Shown: piece by piece, positions 1 to 9,986 of the stretch
How the letters are laid out: every line of letters begins with the position of its first letter
Numbering within the stretch: the first letter of the stretch is position 1
Assembly: GCA_050174015.1 (NCBI GenBank)
Contig: JBFXKG010000005.1
Coordinates: forward strand, 32,001-96,000
Reading direction: 5' to 3'
DNA from: Candidatus Krumholzibacteriia bacterium
GTDB taxonomy: Bacteria > Krumholzibacteriota > Krumholzibacteriia > LZORAL124-64-63
DNA length: 64,000 bases
Translations under genes and position numbers: made by a program
Notes under the pieces: generated by a model
What the model was told of the DNA's origin: nothing
Seen by the model: only the letters and a program-made list of their open reading frames with translations
Database searches by the model: none

Positions 1-1190
1 GCCTCGCCGTAGGCCTTGCGGTAGGCGTTGAGCATATCGGCCCGGCGGCGCAGGCTCTCCTTCTGCCGCAGGAAACCCGACTCGATCGCGGCCTTCACCC
101 GGTCGAGCTCGGCCGCTCCGGGACCTTCGGCCTGCAGGCGGGCGATCTCCTCGAGGACGACCTGCTTGATGCGCTCGAGATCGGCGCCCTCGGCGGCGGT
201 GGCCTCGATGTGGAACTCCGAGCCGAGCTCCTTGCTGTACTGGTAGACGTTCACGTCCTGGGCGAGCTTGTCCTGCCGGACCAGGCGTTCGACGAGGCGG
301 CCGGTGGTGCGGTCCGCCAGCAGGGAGGCGACGACGTCCATGTCCGCATCCCCCTCGCGGTAAGCGGCGGGGGAGTGCCAGACCAGGTAGATCCGCGGAT
401 AGCTGACCCGGTCGGTGGCGAGGCGGCGGATCTCCCGCTCCATGACCACGGGCTCGGCCGTCAGGTGCTCGGGCAGGGGACGGGCGGGGACCGCGCCGAA
501 GGTCCGGTTCACCAGATCCAGCGCCTCGTCGCGGTCGAAGTCTCCGGCCACCACCAGGGTGGCGTTGCCGGGCACGTAGTAGGTGTCGAAGAAACCGATG
601 ACGTCCTGCACGGTGGCGGCCTCGAGATCCTCGTGGCTGCCGATGATCGAGTGCTGGTAGGGATGCCCCGCCGGATACAGCGCATCGGGGATCATCAGCT
701 CGGCCTTGCCGTAGGGCTGGTTGTCCACGCTCTGGCGGCGCTCGTTCCGCACCACGCTCTTCTGCAGTTCCAGCTTCTCCTGCGTCATGGCCTTGCTCAG
801 GCCCTCGAGCCGGTCCGCATCGAGCCACAGGAGGGTGGGCAGGAGGGACCGCGGCCCCCAGCTGTAGTAGTTGGTGCGGTCGGTCCCGGTCGAGGCGTTG
901 TTGGCCCCGCCGCCCCGTTCCATGAGCACGTCGAACTGGTTGTCCGGGACGCGGTCGGTCCCCATGAACATCAGGTGTTCGAAGAGGTGGGCGAACCCGG
1001 TGCGTCCGGGCGCCTCGTCCTTCGAGCCGACGTGGAACCAGGTGTTGATGGTCACCATGGGCTGGGTGGGATCCTGGTGCAGGATCACGGTCAGGCCGTT
1101 GGGCAGGGTGACGGTCTCGATGGACATGGGAGCGGCTCCGGCCGCGGCGGCGGCGAGGATGAGGGTCACGGCGAAAAGGACGGGTCGCAT
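1..1190 (-). CDS. M16 family (insulinase/pitrilysin-like) zinc peptidase, exported; 3' end runs off the window
   Basis: Not in the ORF track because the stop lies outside the window. Minus-strand ATG at 1190 with GGAGG RBS. Reads MRPVLFAVTLILAAAAAGAAP (signal peptide)...TLPNGLTVILHQD...HVGSKDEAPGRTGFAHLFEHLMFMG (inverted zinc motif HxxEH). Confidence 0.92.
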   Translation of the reverse strand, partial: MRPVLFAVTLILAAAAAGAAPMSIETVTLPNGLTVILHQDPTQPMVTINTWFHVGSKDEAPGRTGFAHLFEHLMFMGTDRVPDNQFDVLMERGGGANNASTGTDRTNYYSWGPRSLLPTLLWLDADRLEGLSKAMTQEKLELQKSVVRNERRQSVDNQPYGKAELMIPDALYPAGHPYQHSIIGSHEDLEAATVQDVIGFFDTYYVPGNATLVVAGDFDRDEALDLVNRTFGAVPARPLPEHLTAEPVVMEREIRRLATDRVSYPRIYLVWHSPAAYREGDADMDVVASLLADRTTGRLVERLVRQDKLAQDVNVYQYSKELGSEFHIEATAAEGADLERIKQVVLEEIARLQAEGPGAAELDRVKAAIESGFLRQKESLRRRADMLNAYRKAYGE

Positions 1191-1311
1191 GAGGTCCTCC
1201 GGGCAAGGGTGTTCGGTCCGCAGCGGGCGGGTAACGTGCCGCAGGCAATCGAGCCAGACTAACAGAAAACGAGGGGAAGCGCCCCCTTGTTGCACCGGAA
1301 TCGCTGGACGG

Positions 1312-3537
1312 TCAGGATTCGCCCTTGGCCCGTCGTTCCCTCTGGTAGAGCAGGGAAATGGCCAGGAGCAGGATCCCCACCCCTACGAAGGAGATGATCC
1401 GGAATCCGGGGGAAAGGGCCCGCATGTCCACCAGGAAGACCTTGAGGATCACGGCCGCGAGCAGGGCCATGCCGGCCAGGCGCAGGGCCTTCTTCCCGGT
1501 CAGGAAACCCGCCCAGATCGTTCCTCCCCCGTAGAGGGTCCAGAAGATCGAGATGGCGACCAGGGCCCCCCAGGCGGAGTTCCTTCCGAATGAGACCTCC
1601 CTGACGCGGAACCAGGCGGCGATTTCCAGGGAGAACATGGCCAGCACGAGGGCCAGGATACCCAGCACCAGGGGAACGGCCAGGACCGGGGCCCAGGGTG
1701 GAGCGTCCCTTCCGGTGCCGGCGCAAAACCGGTGGGTGCGGACCAGGGCCAGGGCCGTCACGCCGCCCGCGATGAAGCCGCCGTTGAGGAAGGACCGCCA
1801 GCCTTGGGCCTGGACGAAGGCCATGACCGCGTGGGATCCCACTGAAAGCAAGAGCGCCAGGGCGAGATCGACCAGCGCCAGTCCCTGGAGCCAGCCAATG
1901 CCTCGGCGGCAGCCGATCTCGAAGAGGGCGGCGCCGTAGAGCGCCCAGGCCAGGGGGACCGAAACCAGGGACGGTTCGTGTTCGAAGTCCATTCCGGTCC
2001 AGCGGGCCACCTCGGAGGTCAGCACCCACCAGCCCAGCACCGCGGCGAGAGGCAGGATGCGGCGGAGCCAGGGCTTTTCCCAGGCCGGGGCGGTCGCCTG
2101 CAGCCGGTGGCCGATCCGGTCGGCGGCCACCAGCAATGCCACGACCCCGGCGTCCCCGCCGAAAGCAAGATGGAGGAACAGGGGTGCATCCGGGGGTGCG
2201 CATGACCCGGTCACCAGGATCCTTCCGGAGGCGAAGGCCAGACCCACCAGGGCGGCGATGCGGTGGTGGGGGTCATCCAGCCGCCAGCCCATCACCAGGA
2301 AGAGGATGCCGAGCAGGGCCCAGGCCAGCGAAATGGTGAAGCTGTCGAACTGGACGGGAATCGCCAGGATGCCCAGGGCCGCGCCCGTGTAGAAGTTCGC
2401 CACCAGGGCGGGATCGTCGCGGCGGGTCCGACCTCCCCACAGGGCGGAGGCGAGGTAGACGATGGCGACCAGGAAGAGCGCCCCCCCGCGCCACCCGGAA
2501 AGGGCCCCACCCAGGGAGGCATGGACGGCTCCGGAAAAGGCTGCGCCGTTGGCGGCCGCCACGGCGGTGCGGGCCATTCCCCAGAATCCCGGCTGCATGC
2601 GCCCCACCCAGGGGACCATCCCGTAAAGCACCCACAGGACGGTCAGGGGGCCGAGCACCCCGGCGAGCCGATCCTGGACGAACCCCTGGTCCCACCAGGC
2701 GGAAACCAGGATGCATGTCCCCAGGAACCCGCCCAGGGGCAATCCGGCCCAGCCCTTCCGCCGGCCGCCCAGGACCGCCCCGAGGCCCACGGCGATCAGG
2801 TAGGACAGCAGGGCGGTTCCTTCGCCGGTCGCCCGGGTCAGCACCAGGGGCGTCAGCAGGGCGCCGACCAGGGTCAGCACGGCGATGGTCAGGGAGTCTT
2901 CCCGCAGGGCGGCCACCGCTCCGATCACGGCCACCGCGAGCAACAGGGGCAGGACGATCTCCACGGGCACGAGGCGGTGGAAGCCGAACATCCCGTACGC
3001 CGCGAGGAAGAGCAGGGCGATGCCCCCGCCCAGCAGGCCGAGACCGAGGAAGCGCTGGACCCTGCCGAGCAGCAGGCGGCCGACGCCGAGGAAGGCGAGG
3101 GCGACGGTGGCGGCGATCAGGATCTGGAGGGGGCCGGCAAGGGGGGAATCGCCAAGGTCGATGGCCAGGAAGAAGGCCGTGCCCAGGAAGATGGCGACGA
3201 CGCCCAGCCAGGTCAGCCACTGGCCGCCGATGATCTTCTCGAGGTCGGGAACCGGAACCCGATGGCGCATCCCGCCGCCGGGGGCCACGGGAATCGCCGC
3301 AGGGGGGGGGACCGGGGAAGGCGGACGGGCGGCCACCGGGCGGGGGGCGGGGCCGGATTCGGCCGGTTCGGCCCTGGGGCCGTCCAGGGGTTTCTCGAAG
3401 GTCGCCAGCCTTCCCCGCAGGGAATCGACCTCCCGCCGCAGGTGGCCCAGGTCCCTGCGGGTGACCAGCATCAGGATGGAGGAAACCAGGATCAGGCCCA
3501 CGATCCCGAAAAACACCAGGATGGCGAAAATTTCCAA
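1312..3537 (-). CDS. DUF2339 family polytopic membrane protein
   Basis: 741 aa with an N-terminal TM and coiled coil, a Pro-rich linker, 'DLEKIIGGQWLTWLGVVAIFLG', many TM helices and C-terminal 'KVFLVDM...RIISFVGVGILLLAISLLYQR'. Confidence 0.85.
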   Translation of the reverse strand: MEIFAILVFFGIVGLILVSSILMLVTRRDLGHLRREVDSLRGRLATFEKPLDGPRAEPAESGPAPRPVAARPPSPVPPPAAIPVAPGGGMRHRVPVPDLEKIIGGQWLTWLGVVAIFLGTAFFLAIDLGDSPLAGPLQILIAATVALAFLGVGRLLLGRVQRFLGLGLLGGGIALLFLAAYGMFGFHRLVPVEIVLPLLLAVAVIGAVAALREDSLTIAVLTLVGALLTPLVLTRATGEGTALLSYLIAVGLGAVLGGRRKGWAGLPLGGFLGTCILVSAWWDQGFVQDRLAGVLGPLTVLWVLYGMVPWVGRMQPGFWGMARTAVAAANGAAFSGAVHASLGGALSGWRGGALFLVAIVYLASALWGGRTRRDDPALVANFYTGAALGILAIPVQFDSFTISLAWALLGILFLVMGWRLDDPHHRIAALVGLAFASGRILVTGSCAPPDAPLFLHLAFGGDAGVVALLVAADRIGHRLQATAPAWEKPWLRRILPLAAVLGWWVLTSEVARWTGMDFEHEPSLVSVPLAWALYGAALFEIGCRRGIGWLQGLALVDLALALLLSVGSHAVMAFVQAQGWRSFLNGGFIAGGVTALALVRTHRFCAGTGRDAPPWAPVLAVPLVLGILALVLAMFSLEIAAWFRVREVSFGRNSAWGALVAISIFWTLYGGGTIWAGFLTGKKALRLAGMALLAAVILKVFLVDMRALSPGFRIISFVGVGILLLAISLLYQRERRAKGES

Positions 3538-3640
3538 GCGGATCCCTTCCGTCCTGATCGCCGGGGACCGTCCCGTGAGGCCGGATCATAGGCGGAATTC
3601 CGGGAAAATGCCACAAGCCCGCTCGGATCCTCCCTCGCCT

Positions 3641-4132
3641 TCAGTCCAGGGGATCGAACCAGACGACGTGATAGCTGATCGTGATCTCCTGGCCGGGCTG
3701 GATGTCGCGCACCGCCTCGATGGTCATCCGGGCCGCATCGAAATGCTTGATGTTCCTGGCGTTGGGCCGGTTCGAATGGTTGTAGAGACCGCCCAGGCCA
3801 AGGGCCAGGGCGACCCGCCCCTCCGTCCAGGCGAAGTAGTAGTCCTCGAGGTCGTCGAACCGTTCGCCCCCCTGGCGGGCGGCGGCCTGGTATGGGTCGG
3901 GCGGTGCGTCGGCAACCAGCAGCATGGGGCAGGTCTCGATGACGTCCCCGGCCCGGATGGGCGCGCGGGCGATCACGCCGAGCCCCTTGCCGGGGACCGG
4001 AACCACTTCCACCCCGACGGGCGTCTTGAACGGCGGGGTCACCTGGGCGGGGGACTGGAGGGCGGGGCCCCACTGCTGGCCGCCGTGAACGGAGGCGGCC
4101 GCCTGGCCGCCTCCGACCTGGGGACTCGTCAT
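3641..4132 (-). CDS. SET domain protein (putative protein lysine methyltransferase)
   Basis: SET motifs GKGLGVIA, YNHSNRPNA and RDIQPGQEITISY. The start at 4132 overlaps the upstream stop (ATGA). Confidence 0.88.
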   Translation of the reverse strand: MTSPQVGGGQAAASVHGGQQWGPALQSPAQVTPPFKTPVGVEVVPVPGKGLGVIARAPIRAGDVIETCPMLLVADAPPDPYQAAARQGGERFDDLEDYYFAWTEGRVALALGLGGLYNHSNRPNARNIKHFDAARMTIEAVRDIQPGQEITISYHVVWFDPLD

Positions 4133-4590
4133 CGATGCACCACCGGTTTCTTGAGGAAAAGGGTTCGAATGTGGGCGCACAGCCGGCGCTCGGTCATCAT
4201 GTCGGCGGCTTCGACTCCGATGATCCGGTCCGCCATGCCCGGACTCAGTTCCAGGACCCTCCTGAACTCCAGCTTGGCTTCGCCCGGACCGCAGATGTAG
4301 ATGCGGTCCGACCCCTGCAGGGCGGCGGCCACCCTCCTGTAGAACCGCAGCAGTTGATTGCTGTAGCGGCGATCCCGCTGGACTTGCCCGGGGGCCGGCA
4401 GGTTGCCGTCGGCGGCCGGCAGGTTGCCTTCGGCGCCCTTCGGAGGGGGGCCGCTCGCGGGACGGACGAGCCGCTTGCCGATCCCCGAGACGAGGGTGCG
4501 GACGGAGACCTGATCGGTGGCGGGGTTGACGATGTGGGCCTGCTCGTGGTCGATCCAGACTCCGACGAAGCTCCTGCCGGTGCTGTCCAT
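4129..4590 (-). CDS. eRF1/pelota-like (baeRF / host-attachment-like) protein
   Basis: 'VGVWIDHEQAHIV ... LLRFYRRVAAALQGSDRIYICGPGEAKLEF' resembles bacterial release-factor-fold proteins. ATG 4590 has GGAGG 8 nt upstream. Confidence 0.65.
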   Translation of the reverse strand: MDSTGRSFVGVWIDHEQAHIVNPATDQVSVRTLVSGIGKRLVRPASGPPPKGAEGNLPAADGNLPAPGQVQRDRRYSNQLLRFYRRVAAALQGSDRIYICGPGEAKLEFRRVLELSPGMADRIIGVEAADMMTERRLCAHIRTLFLKKPVVHR

Positions 4591-4609
4591 CGACGCCACC
4601 TCCGTAGGG

Positions 4610-4735
4610 TCATCTCTTGGGGGTCTTCTGGAGCCCGAACTTGGGGACGGCCGCGGGCTTGGTGTGAATGGGGACGGGCTTTCCCTTCTCGTGCTTGGGC
4701 TGCTGCAGCGTGGGTTTCTTCGGGGGTGTGGTCAT
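4610..4735 (-). CDS. Small 41-aa Lys/Pro-rich basic peptide (hypothetical)
   Basis: MTTPPKKPTLQQPKHEKGKPVPIHTKPAAVPKFGLQKTPKR, with AAGGAGG RBS just upstream. It sits between a sigma54-like promoter and the next gene's RBS. Confidence 0.6.
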   Translation of the reverse strand: MTTPPKKPTLQQPKHEKGKPVPIHTKPAAVPKFGLQKTPKR

Positions 4736-4785
4736 GGCCTGACCTCCTTCGGTCATCCTCCCGATCCTGGGAGGTGGTCCGGACA

Positions 4786-4801
4786 TGCAAACGGAGGGCC
4801 C
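4786..4801 (-). promoter_or_regulatory. Putative sigma54 -24/-12 promoter for the peptide-baeRF-SET operon
   Basis: Minus strand GGGCCC-TCCGT-TTGCA (GG-N10-GC spacing; consensus TGGCAC-N5-TTGCW), about 50 nt upstream of ATG 4735 and divergent from a sigma54 activator gene. Confidence 0.55.
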
Positions 4802-4897
4802 GGTCGCAGATCGCGGGAATTGTTCGTCCAACATGTTGACCTTGAATGAGTTGACGAAAAAGAAGGGCGGGGCCGGGAAGGCTGTGCTATCATTTTT

Positions 4898-4936
4898 CGG
4901 AAATTGATACCCGAATAAACCGGAAACAACTTTCCG
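4898..4936. promoter_or_regulatory. Tandem palindromes, putative upstream activator sequences (UAS)
   Basis: Perfect CGGAAA-caac-TTTCCG (4921-4936) and imperfect CGGAAA-ttga-TACCCG (4898-4913), offset by 23 bp and about 100-135 bp upstream of the sigma54 site. Confidence 0.5.
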
Positions 4937-4946
4937 AAGGGATGCC

Positions 4947-6383
<1,437 letters not shown>

Positions 6384-6439
6384 GGGGCCGGGGTTGAACG
6401 CCCCGACCCCTCCTGCGGAACCATCCGGGGATTTCCGCC

Positions 6440-7189
6440 CTACCTCCGCGACGCCATCAGCAGGCGCAGGATGTACCAGAACATCAGGGCCACCGAGGCG
6501 AACAGTTCGAGCGAGGCGGCCACATACCGGTCGTAGGGCCAGTGGCGGATGATGTTGCTGGTGTCGTGCAGGATGGCCGCGCCGGCGAGTCCCACCATCA
6601 GCACCGAGAACCACATCCCCAGTTCCCAGCCGAAGAACACGCCCCCGGCGATGGCCACCAGGGCCAGGATGCCTCCCCAGCGGAGCATGCCGCCGAGGAA
6701 GCTGAAGTCCTTGCGCGTCTGGATCGCGACGGCCGTCAGGCCGACGAACCCCAGGACGGTCAGGATCGCGGCGCTCTGGATCACCCCGCCGCCGGTGTAA
6801 TGTTCGGCGACGTAGAGCAGGGGCGTGAAGATGACAGCCTGGGCGACGACGTAGAGGCCCAGCCCGAGGTACTGCATGCCGGGGCTGGCGGCGCGGGCGG
6901 CCAGGCCCCGGGCGAGCCAGCCTGCGACCATGAAGCCGCCGAGGACCAGCATCCAGTTGACGCCCAGCAGGCTGCGGGCGAGGGACTCGGCCATCCCGCT
7001 CTTGAACAGGTAGACCTCCAGGCCGGTGAAGGCCAGGATCGCCCCCAGCAGGTGGCCGTAGACCCGGACCAGGAACCTGCCCCGCTCGAGGGCGGCGTCC
7101 TGGCCGGCGGAACGGAAGCCGAGGCGGTCGTCCTGGACGGGGATGGCGACGGTCTCGGAGCGATGCGAACGAGGATCTTGACGGTTCAC
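6440..7189 (-). CDS. Bax inhibitor-1/YccA family membrane protein
   Basis: About 7 TM helices, '[10 protein letters not shown]', 'ILHDTSNII...[23 protein letters not shown]'. Probable GTG start at 7189 with AAAGGGG RBS. Confidence 0.88.
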   Translation of the reverse strand: MNRQDPRSHRSETVAIPVQDDRLGFRSAGQDAALERGRFLVRVYGHLLGAILAFTGLEVYLFKSGMAESLARSLLGVNWMLVLGGFMVAGWLARGLAARAASPGMQYLGLGLYVVAQAVIFTPLLYVAEHYTGGGVIQSAAILTVLGFVGLTAVAIQTRKDFSFLGGMLRWGGILALVAIAGGVFFGWELGMWFSVLMVGLAGAAILHDTSNIIRHWPYDRYVAASLELFASVALMFWYILRLLMASRR

Positions 7190-7325
7190 GGTATAACCCC
7201 TTTCTCGAGTCGGGCCTTGTACACCGGGAGTCTGGAGGAATTCCCGGAAAATCGGCAAGGTCAATCAAGGGGCGGGGAGGGGTGCCCGTCGCCGTCCGAC
7301 CGGCCCGGGGCACCACCCCGGAGTC

Positions 7326-7856
7326 CTACCGGAAGCTCGACTTCAAATGGCCCCAGGTCCCGGTCTCGGACCCGACGGTGCCGCAGAATGAGCACTCGAA
7401 TCCGTAGGTTTCGGCTTCCGCGCAGGTGAGGCAGAACAGGCCGATGTTCATGAAGGCGGTGGGCGCGGTCGTCGCGGAGGCCACGACGACCTTGTGCGTA
7501 CCGACATCCAGGCACATGTCAAGTTCCGCCATGTCGGAGTTCTCCACGCTGGCCAGGCAGGTGCCGGCCCCGCAGTCGTCCATGAGGATGACGGCCGAGG
7601 GGACGATGGTCATGGACGCGGATGCGCTTATCGCCGCGAAGCGGTACCAGCCGGGAGAAGTGACGGTCACGTCGACCACGTGGAAGGTCCATCCCGTGTA
7701 ATCGACCCCGCAGAGCAGTTCGCCGGGCTGGCCGTCCAGGACGTCGTAGTACCCGTTGTTCGCGCAGGTGAAGGTCAAAAACGGCGTGCAATCGAGCGCG
7801 GAGGCGGAGCCTGCGCACAGGGCGGAGAATACCAGGGCGGTGGCGAGGTGACGCAT
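7326..7856 (-). CDS. Cys-rich secreted protein with C-terminal TWGxLKxxFR tail
   Basis: ATG 7856 with GGAG RBS, signal peptide MRHLATALVFSALCAGSASA, multiple Cys, ends TVGSETGTWGHLKSSFR. Confidence 0.75.
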   Translation of the reverse strand: MRHLATALVFSALCAGSASALDCTPFLTFTCANNGYYDVLDGQPGELLCGVDYTGWTFHVVDVTVTSPGWYRFAAISASASMTIVPSAVILMDDCGAGTCLASVENSDMAELDMCLDVGTHKVVVASATTAPTAFMNIGLFCLTCAEAETYGFECSFCGTVGSETGTWGHLKSSFR

Positions 7857-8080
7857 GGTGACTCCAATCATTTGGGCAAAGGTATCCAGAGCGGCCACTT
7901 CGCGATTCCGGCCGGTCATTCTCGAAAGGATATCATATCGGAGAAAATTTGTCTTATAAATCGGCGGGTCCAGGCGCCCACGGGAGGATCCCTCGTCCCG
8001 GAATGTTGCATCCACGCCAGGGCGGAGGTAGGATGGAGGGGCTGACAGTCCCCGTGAAACCGGCCTGGAGGAAGATTCCC

Positions 8081-8893
8081 ATGATCCCGATCCGCCGCCT
8101 GGTCCCGGTCGCCGCCCTGCTGGGCCTCTGCCTGTTCCTGAGCGCTTGCGCCACCGTCCCGGTGACGGGCCGCAGGCAGCTCAACTTCATTCCCGACAGC
8201 CAGATCAACTCCATGAGCTTCCAGCAGTACGACGAGGTCATCGCCCAGAGCACCCTCAGCGACCACGCCGAATGGACCGCGGGAATCGAACGGGTCGGGC
8301 GCCGCATCCAGGGCGCGGTGGAGGAGTACTTCCGCCGCCAGGGCCAGAGCGGTGAGCTGGCGGGCTACGAGTGGGAATTCCACCTCATCGAGAGCAAGGA
8401 AGCCAACGCCTGGTGCATGCCCGGCGGGAAGGTCGCCTTCTACACCGGCATCCTGCCCATCTGCAAGGACGAGACCGGAGTGGCGGTGGTCATGGGGCAC
8501 GAGGTGGCCCACGCCATCGCCAAGCACGGCAGCGAGCGGATGAGCCAGGGCCTGGTCCTGCAGATGGGGGGCATGGCCCTGTCGGAGGCCGTCAAGAACA
8601 AGCCCGCCCAGACGCGCAACCTGTTCATGACGGCGTTCGCGGTGGGGGCCCAGTACGGGGCGATCCTGCCCTACAGCCGGTCCCACGAGAGCGAGGCCGA
8701 CCGCATGGGCCTGATCTTCATGGCCCTGGCGGGATACGATCCGCGGGAAGCGCCGGCGTTCTGGGAGCGGATGGCCTCCGAGGGCGGCGGCAATCCCCCC
8801 GAGTTCATGAGCACCCATCCCTCCCACGAGACGCGGATCCGGGAGCTCCATGAGAACATGGCCGAGGCCATGGGATACTACCAGCCGCGGTGA
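8081..8893 (+). CDS. M48 family zinc metallopeptidase lipoprotein (Oma1/LoiP-like)
   Basis: Lipobox LSAC, 'ANAWCMPGGK', HEVAH, 'YSRSHESEAD', 'STHPS'. ATG 8081 with GGAGG RBS. Confidence 0.92.
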   Translation: MIPIRRLVPVAALLGLCLFLSACATVPVTGRRQLNFIPDSQINSMSFQQYDEVIAQSTLSDHAEWTAGIERVGRRIQGAVEEYFRRQGQSGELAGYEWEFHLIESKEANAWCMPGGKVAFYTGILPICKDETGVAVVMGHEVAHAIAKHGSERMSQGLVLQMGGMALSEAVKNKPAQTRNLFMTAFAVGAQYGAILPYSRSHESEADRMGLIFMALAGYDPREAPAFWERMASEGGGNPPEFMSTHPSHETRIRELHENMAEAMGYYQPR

Positions 8894-8900
8894 CCCGGTG

Positions 8901-9596
8901 TCACCGCCTGGGGCGGAAGCCGCGATCCAGCAGTCCCAGCAGCCCGATCAACAGCAGGGCGGGTAGGGCCACCAGGAAGATCCTGGTCCATGCCGAGAGC
9001 AAAGGGACCAGGCTCGGGGGAATCATGTCGCCGGGCAATGTCCGGGGAATCATGGAAATGGCTGCAGCTCCGGGTCTGCCGAGCAACCAGCCTGCGGCGA
9101 TGATCATCAGGAGCAGTCCGACGATCCAGACCGCATGGCTGAAAATGCTGCGGGCGGCCCTGTCCCTGGTGGTGACCTTCCAGATGAAGAGGACGCCGAG
9201 GGCGAGCACCACCACCTGGAGAATGCCCCAGGACCACCCCAGCATGGGTCCCCGCACGTGCATCAATTCCATTCTGCCCAGGGACATCATGCCGACCAGC
9301 TCGGCGAAGGCCATGAGTGCCAGAACCGCTAGGCCTCCCACCAGGATCCAGCGCAGCCGCAGCTTGCGGCGAAGGCCGGGGTCTGCAGCCGCGAACTCGC
9401 CGGCCAGGAGGTCGGGGTCGCCCAGGCGGTGGACGGCGATCAGGAAAGCCTCCTGCTCGGCCAACCCCTTGGCAGTCAGCTCGGCGACGATCTCTCTGAG
9501 GTGATCCTCGAGTTCATCGATGTCTCCGACCTGGAGATCGGGTCTGCCGGTCATCCGGCCGCGCCAGTCATCGATGGCGGCGTTCAGGTCGAACAT
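8901..9596 (-). CDS. Membrane protein with permease-prefix domain 1 (PadR-associated)
   Basis: 'IDELEDHLREIVAELTAKGLAEQEAFLIAVHRLGD' followed by about 4 TM helices; lies directly downstream of padR. Confidence 0.8.
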   Translation of the reverse strand: MFDLNAAIDDWRGRMTGRPDLQVGDIDELEDHLREIVAELTAKGLAEQEAFLIAVHRLGDPDLLAGEFAAADPGLRRKLRLRWILVGGLAVLALMAFAELVGMMSLGRMELMHVRGPMLGWSWGILQVVVLALGVLFIWKVTTRDRAARSIFSHAVWIVGLLLMIIAAGWLLGRPGAAAISMIPRTLPGDMIPPSLVPLLSAWTRIFLVALPALLLIGLLGLLDRGFRPRR

Positions 9597-9928
9597 GACG
9601 CATCCTCCTTCCAGAGCCGGTGGAGCACGTCTCCGACCAGCTTCCACTGTTCCTTCTGTCGACGGAGTTCCTCCCGGCCGTCCGGGGTGAGGGCGTAGTA
9701 GCGGCGCTTGCGTCCGGTTTCTGCGGTGCTCCACCTCGATACGATGAGGCTCTGGCTTTCCAGGCGGCGCAGGACGGGGTAGAGCATGCCGTCCGACCAG
9801 GCGATCCGATCCCCGGAAAGGTCCCGGACCTCCTTGATGAGGAGGTAGCCGTAGCATTCCCGGCGGTCGAGGATGGACAGGACCAGGGGGATGGTCGAGG
9901 CGGCCGTGAGTTCGCGGTTGAGGGTCAA
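9584..9928 (-). CDS. PadR family transcriptional regulator
   Basis: 'YGYLLIKEV...GMLYPVLRRLE...GRKRRYYALTPDGR'. TTG start 9928 with AGGAGG RBS. Confidence 0.92.
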   Translation of the reverse strand: MTLNRELTAASTIPLVLSILDRRECYGYLLIKEVRDLSGDRIAWSDGMLYPVLRRLESQSLIVSRWSTAETGRKRRYYALTPDGREELRRQKEQWKLVGDVLHRLWKEDASCST

Positions 9929-9957
9929 GGGAAACCTCCTCAAGGATACCTTGAGGA

Positions 9958-9986
9958 ATTATACATAGATAAACTATGTATGTCAA
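9958..9986 (-). promoter_or_regulatory. Consensus sigma70 promoter with overlapping palindromic operator (padR autoregulation)
   Basis: Minus strand TTGACA-N17-TATAAT (perfect). Inverted repeat ATACATAG-ataaa-CTATGTAT (9961-9981) fills the spacer. Confidence 0.85.

Noticed and set aside
210..1262. 350-aa plus-strand ORF and other long antisense ORFs (e.g. 13376-15706, 23447-25624, 49827-52814)
   Set aside because: They are shadow frames of real opposite-strand genes, expected at this GC content, and have no motifs.
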